A stretch of DNA of 64,000 bases from the NCBI GenBank assembly GCA_047967505.1, contig CM106538.1. The stretch is one strand, 5' to 3'. Positions 13,701 through 25,700 of the stretch are shown here, in pieces; within the stretch, counting starts at the first letter, position 1; every line of letters begins with the position of its first letter. The position numbers and the translations under genes were made by a program. The notes beneath the pieces were generated by a model. That model searched no databases, was not told where the DNA came from, and worked only from the letters and a program-made list of their open reading frames with translations. The DNA comes from Dipteris shenzhenensis (Eukaryota).

Positions 13701-16700
13701 GATGCGTGGACATGGCCTAGCAGAAGGCGGAACCAGCAGGTCTTGGAGGCGCCTGCATGGAGGACATGGAGGAGCAGCAGAAGGGCTGCAAAAGGCCCTG
13801 GCAGCAGCACAAGAAAGGAGCAAGGGGGGGCTGGCCCCTTGCCCTTATATAGGGCTGAGCCAACCAAGTCGGCCAGCCCATTTAGGGCTGGCTGGTCGGT
13901 CAGTTTGAGGGCTCTTGGAGCCTATAAAAAGAGAGGCCCCGGGCCTCATTTTGCATCCAACAGCTCAGCAGAAAGAGGAGCAGACAGGAGCAGCCTGAAG
14001 ACATTCCCTTGGGCCTCATCGGTGAAGGAGAGTTGAAGGTGTGCTGCAGACTGATCTCCCTAGGGGCTGGACCTTGGCTGTCTTCTAGGGCAGCAAGGTG
14101 TTGTGATCTGGAGGGAGAGTCCACATACGCTCGAAGTCGACCATGCGGGCTGGAGTCTAGAGATATTCGGCAGATAGTAGAAGTACCTTGTACAAAGATT
14201 AAAGGACCACGCTCTGGTGGGACTTTGGATCTCTCTCTTTTGTATTGTCTCCATAGATTTGGACGGAAATATATATTCTTTTGGTAGCTTCTATATCTGG
14301 CTGGATCATTGTCTATTGATGAGTCACACATCTATGTGATGCACATTAAGTAAAGAAGTTTGTGATTCCACTCCCACACACACACACTATGTGAGCTCTG
14401 GGCTATTCTATCAGTCTTCCGCTGTGCGTACCCTCTGTTGGTCGATTTCTAATATGGTATCAGAGCCCAAGTAGGAGGCTCACAGGTGTGGGAGCCTGAA
14501 GGCAACCTTGTTGAAGGACGACCCTGATTCAGAAGCTCCTGGGAATCAACTTCCCATGACTGGAGGACAGTGCCCTTGCGAGAAGGAGGGTGACTCAGGT
14601 TCAATCAGTTGCGTAAGGAGTTCCTACGGAAGGTTGAGTTTGTTCAACTTTGCTGTGTGGTGTAGCAGCATAGATGTCGATGTCAGAAGCCTCTTTAGCC
14701 CCTTCTCTCCCTTCCTTCTCTCCCAGATTTCTTTCTTTCACCATCCCTAACTTTGGAGAGTCTGGGAAACTGAATGGGACAAATTACCCTATGTGGAAGG
14801 TGAAGATCCGTAGTCATTTAGTGGCGCTCGAAAGCTGTGGAAACTGACTACGGGAGCCGATGCGAAGCCGAAGGCTATGATGCGGCACCTAATGGTGTCC
14901 TAGTTTCTTGGACCATTTGTTGATGGTCTGATTTGCTCATTCCCTGTTGTTTAACTTACGGGTGCATGGTATTTAGTGCCAATGAACCCATAACCCAATC
15001 TACGCGATGATTGAATGAAGATGCTCTCTCTTGTATTCCTTAGTGAGCTGTACATGCAAAAATGCTCGGGTGTGATGGAAACAAATGTCAACAGAAGTAA
15101 TTTAGAGGTCGGTGTTGTTATTGAAAGGGAAACCATATGATGACGGGGGGATTGAGCATCACGACAATTAAACAGATGATCATCATGTATGTGGGCATAT
15201 ACTATGCAACCAAATATGCGGAGATGCCCAATGTGTGGCTTATGTCCAGTGAATGCTTCATAAGGTGTCATACCTTGAATCGGTTCGGTAGGAAGCCGCT
15301 TAAGCAAATAGTTTGCAGTGGCTATTGCTTCTGCCCAATACTAATTCGGAAGATGCTTTTCACTAAGCATTACTCTAGCACTATCTGCTAAAGTACCATT
15401 CTTCCTTTCAGCTCTTGCATTCTGCTATGGAGTATCTGCACAAGTGAGATACTCATACTAGTAGATGGAGAGGAACTCGAAGCTTGGGAAGATAGAGATG
15501 CCCATGCCCTGGCGTTGATCATAGGGACTACGGGGGACTCTGTGCTTCCTCGCATCTAGATGGCTGACACGTCAATAGAGGCGCGGGCGATTTTGAAGGA
15601 TCTGTACAAGACAAATAACACATCACGTACTAGTAGATGGAGAGGAACTCGAAGCTTGCGAAGATAGAGATGCCCATACCCTGGCGTTGATCATAGGGAC
15701 TACGGGGGACTCTGTGCTTCCTCACATCTAGATGGCTGACACGTCAATAGAGGCGCGGGCGATTTTGAAGGATCTGTACAAGACAAATAACACATCACGG
15801 ATCTTGCTTCTTCAGCATCAGCTCTACAACTTGGATATGCATAAAGGAGATTCGGTACATACTTGATGAAGGTCAAGGTGGTAAGGGATCAACTAGCATC
15901 GGTTGGTTAGAAGGTGGACTCGTGCCAGTTGGCCTTGATGGTAAATTTTTTTTTTGCGCAAAAAGTAGTGCTAGTTATATTGCTTGAAAACGAGAGTACA
16001 AGAGGGCCCAAAGGCCAGCGGGCTGTAATCACAAAACGGCTACAGCCCGTGGTAATAAATACTAATTACAAGCCTCTCAAGGCATAATCATCGGAGTGTG
16101 GAACAAACAGCCATGGTGGGGGGGAGTAGTGCCACTGAAGACTCTGAGCAGAGTGCTGGAAGAATAGCTCTCGATGGTCCCAGTCGCGAAGGAAGCACCG
16201 TCTCTTCTCCTTCCCTTCCCGGGACACCCCCTGAATCTGATCCCACTGACCCTTGAGCGTGTGAATGATCGTGCTCCAAATGTTCGCTAGGGTCTGGGTA
16301 GCAGAAGAAACCTGATCTCCTAAGGTCTGCGCGCATCTGGAAGTCCAGATGTGCCAACCTGCAATACTCCCTATGATCTCCCAAACTGGGTGCTGAGTCA
16401 TCGCTCCTGCATCTGTCTCTGTCAGATGCCAAGGGAAGCTGTCCATGTATGCCCAGGTGGCCTGCGTGATGAAGAAAACTGGATCCTGCCTAGAGAACTC
16501 ATAAGCCAAGTGATGTCCCATCTTGGTGCTGCACCAGCAAACGGCTCCCCAAGTGACCGGTCCTAGCTCGGGTGCAGCCCTCGCTAAGATCCCCATGATT
16601 CCCTTCCACACTGTCTGAGCATGCGAGCAGCTCCAAAGGCAGTGCTTCAGGGACGACTCCTCTTGAAAACACATCTGGCAGTGCCCCTCCTGCCCCATCT

Positions 16701-19700
16701 GCCTGAGCCAGCTGCCAACTGGTAGCCCCTTGTGGGCCACCATCCAAAGAAAGAAAGAGATTGTCCTCGGCCGCCAGCTTGCCCAAAGAGTCTTCCAGAA
16801 TGTCCGAAGAAAGACCAGAGATATCCCTTGGGCATACCAACTATGTGCCTGTGTGGGTAGCCCGCGTTGGAGAGCCCCAAGAGCACGCCTACCAATACGC
16901 ACACTGTATGAGAAGAAAGGGGTAGGGTTCTTTGAGGTCTCCAGTAGTGGCCAGCGCCACTCCCCTGGGTCCCACTCCACCTCTGTCAAGGAGCAGCCCT
17001 CCCAAATCCAGAGTCTCCAGTCCTGGTCCTGCATAATCAAGGGGTCTATATGCCACGTTTTCCCTTGCAGCCCTATGATGCGAAGGCGCTGCTAGGGGAG
17101 CTGGGGGTCGATCATGGCCTCTCTGCTCTGGAGATGGCTATCATCGGCGACGGAGAAGTGAATCGAGGAGTCCGAGAAAAGGCCTGCGACCACCAAAGGA
17201 ATGCCACGGGGTGTGAACTGCCCTAGCCACCTCTCATCTCCCGGGAGGAGCTATTTGGTGATCATGGGAATCCTCCAACCTGCAGGAATGGCAGCATCAT
17301 TCTCCACTCGTCGAGCCTGGATCCCACGTGCCGTACCTACTGCTGCTGCCCCAGATCGCCTGGGCTCAGCTAGCTATAGACGTCCCTCCAAACCCGGAGC
17401 GAGCGCGTGGGCCCATGCGCCCAGAGCGCCCAAGGGATATGGGATCTCTCTCCAAGTTGGCGACCTGTATCATCTGTCACCTCGCTACTCTAGATCAAGG
17501 GCTGTCTGTCTATCTCCTCTCGGTAGCTAGGGGGAACCTGAGAGAGGCTGTGTCGCAGCTTCCTCCAGACCAAGACGAGGCTACGGAGGAAGGGGGAACA
17601 GGGCTGAGTCAGTGGGGCAGAAGTGAAAATCCACCGGATAGACGGCTGCCAATCACCCCCTCTCTGGGGGGTACACGCGTTGAGACCATGCTGAAGCAAG
17701 AGCTTCCACGTCTGCCCTCCTGGGGTCAACCCGCGGATGACTAACTTGCCAAGTAATGCCTGACTCTGCAGTTCTGGATCTATGATGCCAAGACCGCCCT
17801 CTGTCTGGGGGAGAATGACCGTCTGCCAGGCGACCCGGGCTCTGGTGGTGTCGGAACCATCTGAGTCAGACCAAAGAAAGTTCCGCACCAGTCTCCTCAG
17901 CTGGGCTACACACGATCTCGAGAAACACCAGCAAGATGCCATGTACCAAGCGGTGGCAAGAAGGACATGGTTGACCACAAGGGCCCTGCTTGCCAAGGAT
18001 CTAGCTTCCGTTGTATGGAGACTAGGACCGGTAAGAACTGCTGAGCCGGTGTGATATCCAGGCCGACCTGGAATCCTAAATAACGTGTCTTCTGTCCTCT
18101 AGGGATCCAGCGAAACCCCAGGAAAATACCCCACTGTGAGCTGGCTCCCGGATCCGTAAGAAAACCAACTGACTTATGCCAGTTGATTTTCGCCCCAGCG
18201 GCTAGGCAAAAAACCTCTAAGGACAGTCTCACTCGCTCCAGTGACTCAATATCATCCTGCACATACAGGGCTGTGTCGTCTGCATACTCGGAGTCCAGAA
18301 GTTCTGCATCGTCTTGAATAGGGAGGCGCATCCCTCTAAGACCAGTGGTGTGGGCTCGTAGGAAGTGAGTCATGGCCTCCGCAAAAAATAGGAAGAGGTA
18401 GGGCGCAAGCAGGCAGCCCTGACGCACCGAGCGCTCGAGGGTGAATCTCTCCCCCATCTTGCCGCTGATGATAACCCGGCTGGTGGCCGACCCATAGAGG
18501 CTAGCAATACCTCTGATCCACTCGTCCGGGAAACCGAACCGAGAGAGTGTACCTTCGAAGAAGGACCAGTCTACCCTGTCGTACGCCTTCTCAAAGTCAA
18601 GAAGGAGTATGGCAAGGTGCTGGCCACTGTGCTGGGCCCACTCCGTCGCCTCTGAGAACGTGAAAATGTTGTCCAAAATGCTGCGATCTTGGACAAAACC
18701 AGTCTGGGTGTCATGGATCAAGTCATGTAGCAGGGGGTGGATGTGGCTACTGATCATCTTGGCGAGGATTTTGTAGGCAGTCGGGAGGAGGGTGATAGGG
18801 CGCCACTGTCTGATCTCCTGACGGTCCCTCCCTTTGGAGATGAGGCAGATCAAGCCTGTCACAAGGCTCTTTGGCATCTGTCCGCTGGAGAAGATATGCT
18901 GGAAGGCTACGAGCAAGGGCTGGTGGACTTGCTCTCAGAAGGTGGTGAAGAAAGCTCTAGAAAGCCCATCCTCACCTGGGCATTTCCACCCATCAATAGC
19001 GCTCACCGCATCTTGCATCTCTGCCACGGTGAAAGGGGCGAGAAGGGTTTCACTCATGCTAGGCCGCACGAGCGACGGTGTATACCTCCATACCTCCTCC
19101 TTGCAACGGCGGGCACGAGGGTCTGGGGGCTCCTGCTAGAACAGGGATCTGTAGAAATCTGTCGCCAAGTCCCGGACCTCGTCTGGATCTGTCCTGACAC
19201 TACCATCCTGTGCTCTAAGAGATCGGAGCTGTTCCCCTGCTGACCTCTGGCCATGGGTCCTGAAGAACTCTCTGCACATCCTATCGCCTTTCCTAGCCCA
19301 AAAGGACTTGGAAGCATGAAATGAGAACTCTGAGTGTCATTGTGTGATCTCCTCTAGCATGGCTCAGGCTCTAACCTCCTGCCGTCTGAGCTCCTCAGAG
19401 CCTGGAGAAGATTGCTGCATTTGCTGTATCGAGGCAAGATCTCGTCTGAGACCCCTCTCCTTTGCCCACCACTGCTGCCTGACCTGAATCGCCTCCTGCT
19501 AACAGATGAGACTAGACTTGCCTGAGCTACCTGAGCTGCCATATCCCCCATGGGGTCCCAATCCTGCTCCCACAGGTCCACTATCTTGCTGCGAACCGCT
19601 GCTCTGGAGTAGATGGAGTCTGGGATCCGGCACGAGCGTGGAGGTAAGGAGTGAGAGGCTGAGTCCAGGACTAGGATGACTGGGGCATGGTCAAAGAGGG

Positions 19701-22700
19701 TCATCCCTGGAACCACTCCTGACTCTCCACCTCTGCCTAGCACCCAATCGCTGACATAGAAACGGTCCAACCGCTCCAGGAGTCTGCCTCCCTCCCTCCT
19801 GTAACCCCAAGAGAAGTCCAGACTCCCTATCCATCTACGAAAGGAAGGCTCCCTCTAGCTGTCTCGACCTCCCACAGCGAACAAGGAGTCCCAATCTGCC
19901 TGCTCCTCCTGAGCAACTCTGGGCCCCGTCCCTGCTGATCCTCTAAGGTCTCAAGGTTATTGAAGTCCCCTCCTACAATCCAAGAATCCATCTCTGGCAA
20001 TAAGTTTGACAAAGAGCTCCAGAAAGCGGCTCTCCGTTTGAGGTCAGTCGGGGCATAGATATTGAGGATGCCGATGCGGGATCCCTCAATATTCATGCCC
20101 ACCCAAAGCGCTCGTCCTGGGATCAGGGTGCCAAAACCACACACATGATGAACTAGAGAAGCGTTGATGGAGGTACAGACACCCCCGCTCCTCCCCTGCT
20201 CGCCAATAGAAGGTTCCCAGTAGGTGTGGGAGCGTCCTGTGAGGACCTTCCCACACTTACTGGTCTGAGACGCCGAAAGCTTGTGTTCCTGCAATAGGAG
20301 CACATCTACCCTTCCCACCAAGGCTGGCTAGAGCTCCTGTCTGAGCACCATCTTCCTGGGGCCGTGGGTTCCTGATGAGAACCTGTTGACGTTCCAAGAG
20401 ATAATGCATATACTCATGAAGAGGGGAGATGGGCCACAAACAGCTGTCTGCTTGCGGTCGATGTCGAGGTGGTCGGAGGATGTCCAGTGTGCAGACGAAG
20501 GTGCTTTTATGAGGGTTTCGAAGGAGAGGCCGGATCATCGGACCCATCCTCTAAAACCTTCAACAGAGGGGAGAGGCCCTTCGTCCCATGGTGGTAAGCT
20601 CTCTCTAACCAACTCGACGCCTCCGCTAGGGAAATATTGTAGAAGCCCGCTCCCTCTGAGGTCCTCCACAGGCGGAGCCCTTTCGCGTAGATCCACTCCA
20701 GAGGCGGTCGAATAATGACCAAAAGGCGGAATCGTTTGGCGCTGTGGCGCCATCTCAGACAAACGTCACCCTCCTTCCGTTGCTATTGAAGAAGCTCCGC
20801 TGCTCTGCTACCGATCCAGTCCTGCACCTGCTCCTGGGACTGATCTCGAATCATCTCCCAAACATTTTCATTCGTCCATTGCTCATTCCCGTCACTGGTG
20901 ATAGTGAAGGAATAGCTAGGACCATCGTGGGGGGCAAGGACGGACACCTTACCCTCCGCCCCCTTTCGGAGGAAGAAGATGCTGATGTCTAGGCATGCAG
21001 GGAAGGAGCTGCATCCAAATAATCCCAAGGTTCTGCTCGGTAAAACTCCAAAGGTAGAGCTCTAGGAGCAGCCCTTGGGTGTGGGGATGAGGATGAGGAG
21101 TCTGAACTAGAGAGAGGGGTGCTGGCTGTCGAACAAGCTGGAGTCACGAGTGGTACTGGCCATCTGCAAGGAAGGGCCTCTCCCCTCCACCGGGCCAGGA
21201 GGGGTAGGCGCGGGGGAGGTCTGTGCTGGCTTCGAGGCCGCAAGCGGCGCAGGCGGAGGGGGGGGTTCCCTCGAGATCATGCTCGAGGGAGAGAGGGGGG
21301 CTGAAACCAAAGGTGCTGGGGGGGATCCTGGAGGGGGGGGAGGTAGGGGGACCGAGGAGGAGGGGGAGGCTGGCTGATCTTCTCCTTCCCTTTCTCCTTC
21401 CCCTTACTGGGCTGCTGCTGATTGGTGACCACAGGGGGCTTTTGGTGTAGATGGGAAGGCTTTTTTGGTCCTGTTTTGTTTCCTTTCCGTTTTCTTTTGA
21501 CCTCAGTCCAGCCTTCCCCTTCGGGAGGGGGTGTCGATGCCTGGCGGGGGGGATCGTGAGTTGCCTGGATGGCGGCCATCTGAGGTTTTGTCCTCGTGAA
21601 GCGAGGGCAGGAGCGCGCCTGGTGCCCGAAGCCGTGGCATCTCAGACACTGATCTGGGCAACCAGTGACCATAATGCGTTGCGTCACCACACCTGTGTCC
21701 GTCTCAATCTCGAACTCCGAGGGAATACTCTGCGGATCTAGGACTACCACTTTGACACGTGGCACCCCTTGGGCTACCGCCGCATCAACGAAGGTGTCCT
21801 GCATGAGCCAGCCAAAGTGCGCCCTCAGGTCCTTGATGATCGGGCGAAGCTCGATTGCGAGGCCTGGGAAAATGAGGGTAACTGGATGGCGAGGAATGCG
21901 GACGCGGGCATCGAAGTCCGCTACACTGAAACCCCTATACCATGGGACCATAAGGATGATCTTCCCACCCACAGAAGTAGGGGACCGTCTGACCATATCG
22001 CTCGTAGCCTGTGCTGAGGAGAGCTTGAGCCAGAAGATACCACAACCCATGAGTGCAACCTCCTCAATGTGGCTGTCCTTAAGGCAGAGGGTGACTGCAA
22101 CCAGTCCCTGATGTCTGCTCGTGAAGGGGCGTAGCCAATGACTCCCATAAGCGGATGTCTGGGAGACGTCCGTGGCGGCCTGCTTCACCAAGGAGATGTG
22201 ATGCTCTATTAGTGTTATCCGGTAGGCTGATGGAGGGGGGGGGCCCGTCTGGGCCACCGGTTCCGGGCTCACGGCCACCATACCGAACCGACAAACTGCG
22301 AACGCTCCAAAAGGCGGGGGAAGGAAAGAGGGAGGGATGGAGAAGTACGGAGAAGCGGGGGGGGGGGAGAGGGGGTGGAGAGGGAGCGAGTGGTGGAGGG
22401 GGAAAGGAGGAGGGAGGGGGGGGGCAACGTAGCACAGGGCGGGGAAGAGGAGGAAGGAAAAGGGGGGGGTGTGGCAGCGCAGCGCGAGAGGGGGCGGGGA
22501 GGAAAGGCGAGGAAGGAAGGGAAGGGGGGGCAGCGTTGCGCAGCAGCGGGGAGGGGAGGAAGGGGCGGGGGGGGTGGTAGCACAACGCGAGGGGGGGGAG
22601 GTGGGGAGAGGACGGAGGGGCGGAGAAGGGAGGAGGGGGGGGGATGGCGGGCGGAGAAGGAAGAGAGGGGGACGGAGGGGCGCGGCGGGAGGCGATGAAG

Positions 22701-25700
22701 AGAGAGGAGGGGGAGGGGAGACGGGTCGCGCAGCGCAAGGGGGGGTAGACGGGAGCGGGGGAGGGGAGGGGCATTCACAGGAGCCTTCTGGCGGGGGAGG
22801 ATGATCAGCCAAGAAAGTTCATAAGAAGGATCCCTTGATGGTAATGAGGAGGCTACCTCGGAGTTTCAAAAGCTTCGTTATGACTGTGACAGCAGGATAG
22901 AGGACCAAACCTCTGACTTTTGAGGAGTTGGGTCCACCATTACTGCTCCAGGAAGAAGCTAGGGAGAAGCTCTACAACAACGACAAAGATGACAAGGCGT
23001 TGCTGGCAAAGGATTGCGCTGGCAAAGGGAAGGGCAAGCCTAACGGTAGTAAGTCCAAGAAGGATGACTTTGAGAACGAGGACACTTCCAAGAAGCAGCA
23101 GAAGAAGAAGTGCTTCTATTGTGACACGCTAGGCCATTTTGCGAAGGTTTAGAATCGGTACCATCTTGATAAAGCTAATAAACCACATATGTATGTAGAA
23201 TCAGTACCATCTTGATAAAGCTAATAAACCACATTTTACATCCGGGGCCCAAAGCCCAACTGCCTCAGAGTGGCTGCAATAAAATCCCATGTGATAGTGT
23301 CAAAGGCTTTCTCAATGTCCACTTGCATGATCAAAGCATCCTGATGTGTATACTGGCTTAGAAGCAGAAGGATCCCCCCCCCTACACACACATGCACATG
23401 CACACACGAACTCGGACACACATATACATATACATACATATGCGTGCGTGCATGCATGCCCATGTGCGTGGCAACTGCGTGCATGCATTTTATTCTAACT
23501 ATGTTGACATCTATGAAGCATGTTGGAGATCAGTCTTTGGTGTCCTCTACTTTGCTTCATAGGGGTGAGTGCCACATTGATGTTATAGCCAACCTCCCGC
23601 TCGTCCGACGTCTCTCTAGGGTGGGCTTGGGGTCTTATGCTTTGCAGTGGCCACTTCGGGTCCAACATGAAGAAGTCTATGATTGTTGTTGAGGTCTTTC
23701 TCTGGTAATAGGTCTCTTAAGTATGTGTCTGTGTCTAGTGGCCTTGGACATGAAGAGGGCAGGTCCAGATAGTCAACAGCCTGAGACATGTCTAGAAACA
23801 CCTATTTGAACATGTCATATCGATATTACTTCGGATCTCACTGTACCTACCGAGCCACCGGATTAAAGCTTTGTTTGATTATCTCATATGTCTTAGTGAC
23901 ACCTGCATGTCCAGCCATGGGAGAGGAGTGCATTTCTTGCAAAACCGGCTATCTATATTGTGAGCCTGGCACTAAATAAATCCCGTCCTTGCACCACAAT
24001 AGCCCATTATGCAATTTGAACTCTGGATGACCCTGGCTAGAATGCTTTTGCAAATCTGAAAATATGGGAGCTGCCTTAGAATTATGCATATGCTCTTCCT
24101 AAATGCCATGAATCCACTCCTGATATATGGTATAGCAGACAAATTGCAAGCTCAGCAGATCCTGGACAAGGCATCTACAACCACATTTTCCTTCTCCTCT
24201 GTACTCAATGTCAAAAATAGGATTGAACTGCAGCCAATCACCTCTTTTGCTTATATGACAAATTTGAGTGAGGAAGAATCTGAGTGTCCTATGATCTACG
24301 GATAGTGGTGCCATTTCTTGAGAGCGTGCAAGATAGCCAACACCTCCTAATCATAAATATGGTAATGGAGTTCCTTGGCATCAAACTTCCTGCTTTGAAA
24401 AGCTATTACCCTGTGTTCCTGCCTCAGAACAACCCCCAATCCTTTGCCATTGGCATCTGACTCCACAATGAAAGGACATGAAAAATCAGGGCATACCAAG
24501 ACAGGTGCACCGTGCATGAGTGAGCAAATTTTAGATCTTTGAAACTGTGTTGTGCTTCCTTTGACGACAGAAAAGTATCCTTCTTCAAGAGGTCAGTAAG
24601 AGGAGCTGCCCTTGTGGCAAATTTGCGAATAAAGTGCTTGTGAAGGAAGCAATCCTCTCAACTGGGTGGGGTTCTGTGGCTGTGGCCAATCTTTAATGCA
24701 TTTCACGTTTGCGGGATCCACCTGAATGTCATGTCTACTCACAATATGCCTAGGTACTCAACCTCCTCTGCCATAAAAGTGCATTTGCTGGCCTTTGCAT
24801 AAAGCTGATGCATCTTTAGAATTTCCAGCACCTGCTTCACATGCTTAATATGCTCCTGCCTATCCTTGCTTGTAAATGACGATGTCATCAAAGAAATGTT
24901 AGAAATCGACCAACAGAGGGTACACACAGCGGAAGACTGATAGAATAGCCCAAGATCTCACATAGTGTGGTGTGGGGTGAGGAATCACAAACTTCTTAAC
25001 TTAATGTGCATCAGATAGATGTGCAGACTCATCAATAGACAATGAACCAGCCAGATATACAAACCACCAAAATAATATATTTCCGTCCAAAGCTATGGAC
25101 ACAATACAAAAAAGATAGATCCAGAGTCCCACCAATGGTGTGGTCCTCTGATCTTACCACAAGGTACTTCTCCTATCTGCCAGCTATCTCTAAACTCGAA
25201 CCCGCGTGCTCCACCTCGAGTGTATGTAGACTCACTGTCCAGATCTCAGCACCCTGCTATCTTGGTAGGCAGCCTAGGGTTCAGCCTTGTGAGCTAAGTC
25301 TTCAGCAGCACCTCCAGCACTCCTTTACCTCCTGGCCAAAGGATGAGGGTAAGCTGCTCCTATCTGCTCCTCTGATGGCTGACCTGCTGGATGTGAAGAA
25401 TGAGGCTGGATGCCTCCTTTTATAGGCCCAAAGGGCCCCTTGAAGTGGCCGACTGGCCTGCCCTAATATGGCCAACCAGTCTGCCATAAAACCGACCCCA
25501 CAGGCCCTTATTTGTTGGGCTGTGGGCACATCTCTATGGCTGTGTGCTCCCTGCCTTTAAGTGGGGGACCCAGCCCCCCTTCCTTTGTGTGCCAGCCCCC
25601 TTCCACTCCCCTCTATGCATGGGGCTGTGGGCTGGCCTATGTGGCCGACCAGTTTCTGGCCCTATATAAGTGCAGGGTGCTGCCCACTGCAGCCCCTCCC

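Larger units (their letters stand above)
14760..23150 (+). mobile_element. Ty1/copia gag remnant, split by an inverted integrase fragment and a LINE; truncated at the zinc knuckle
   Basis: [14 protein letters not shown] (~14770). [13 protein letters not shown]...ILKDLY...QLYNLDM...RDQLASVG (15460-15940). Resumes after the LINE TSD as [12 protein letters not shown]...LLQEE...[15 protein letters not shown] (22845-23150). No in-orientation pol and no 3' LTR seen. Confidence 0.85.

Noticed and set aside
22079-22804. Several overlapping Pro-rich/Gly-rich ORFs (extensin- or GRP-like)
   Set aside because: Stop-free frames caused by the low-complexity G/C tract at the LINE 5' end.
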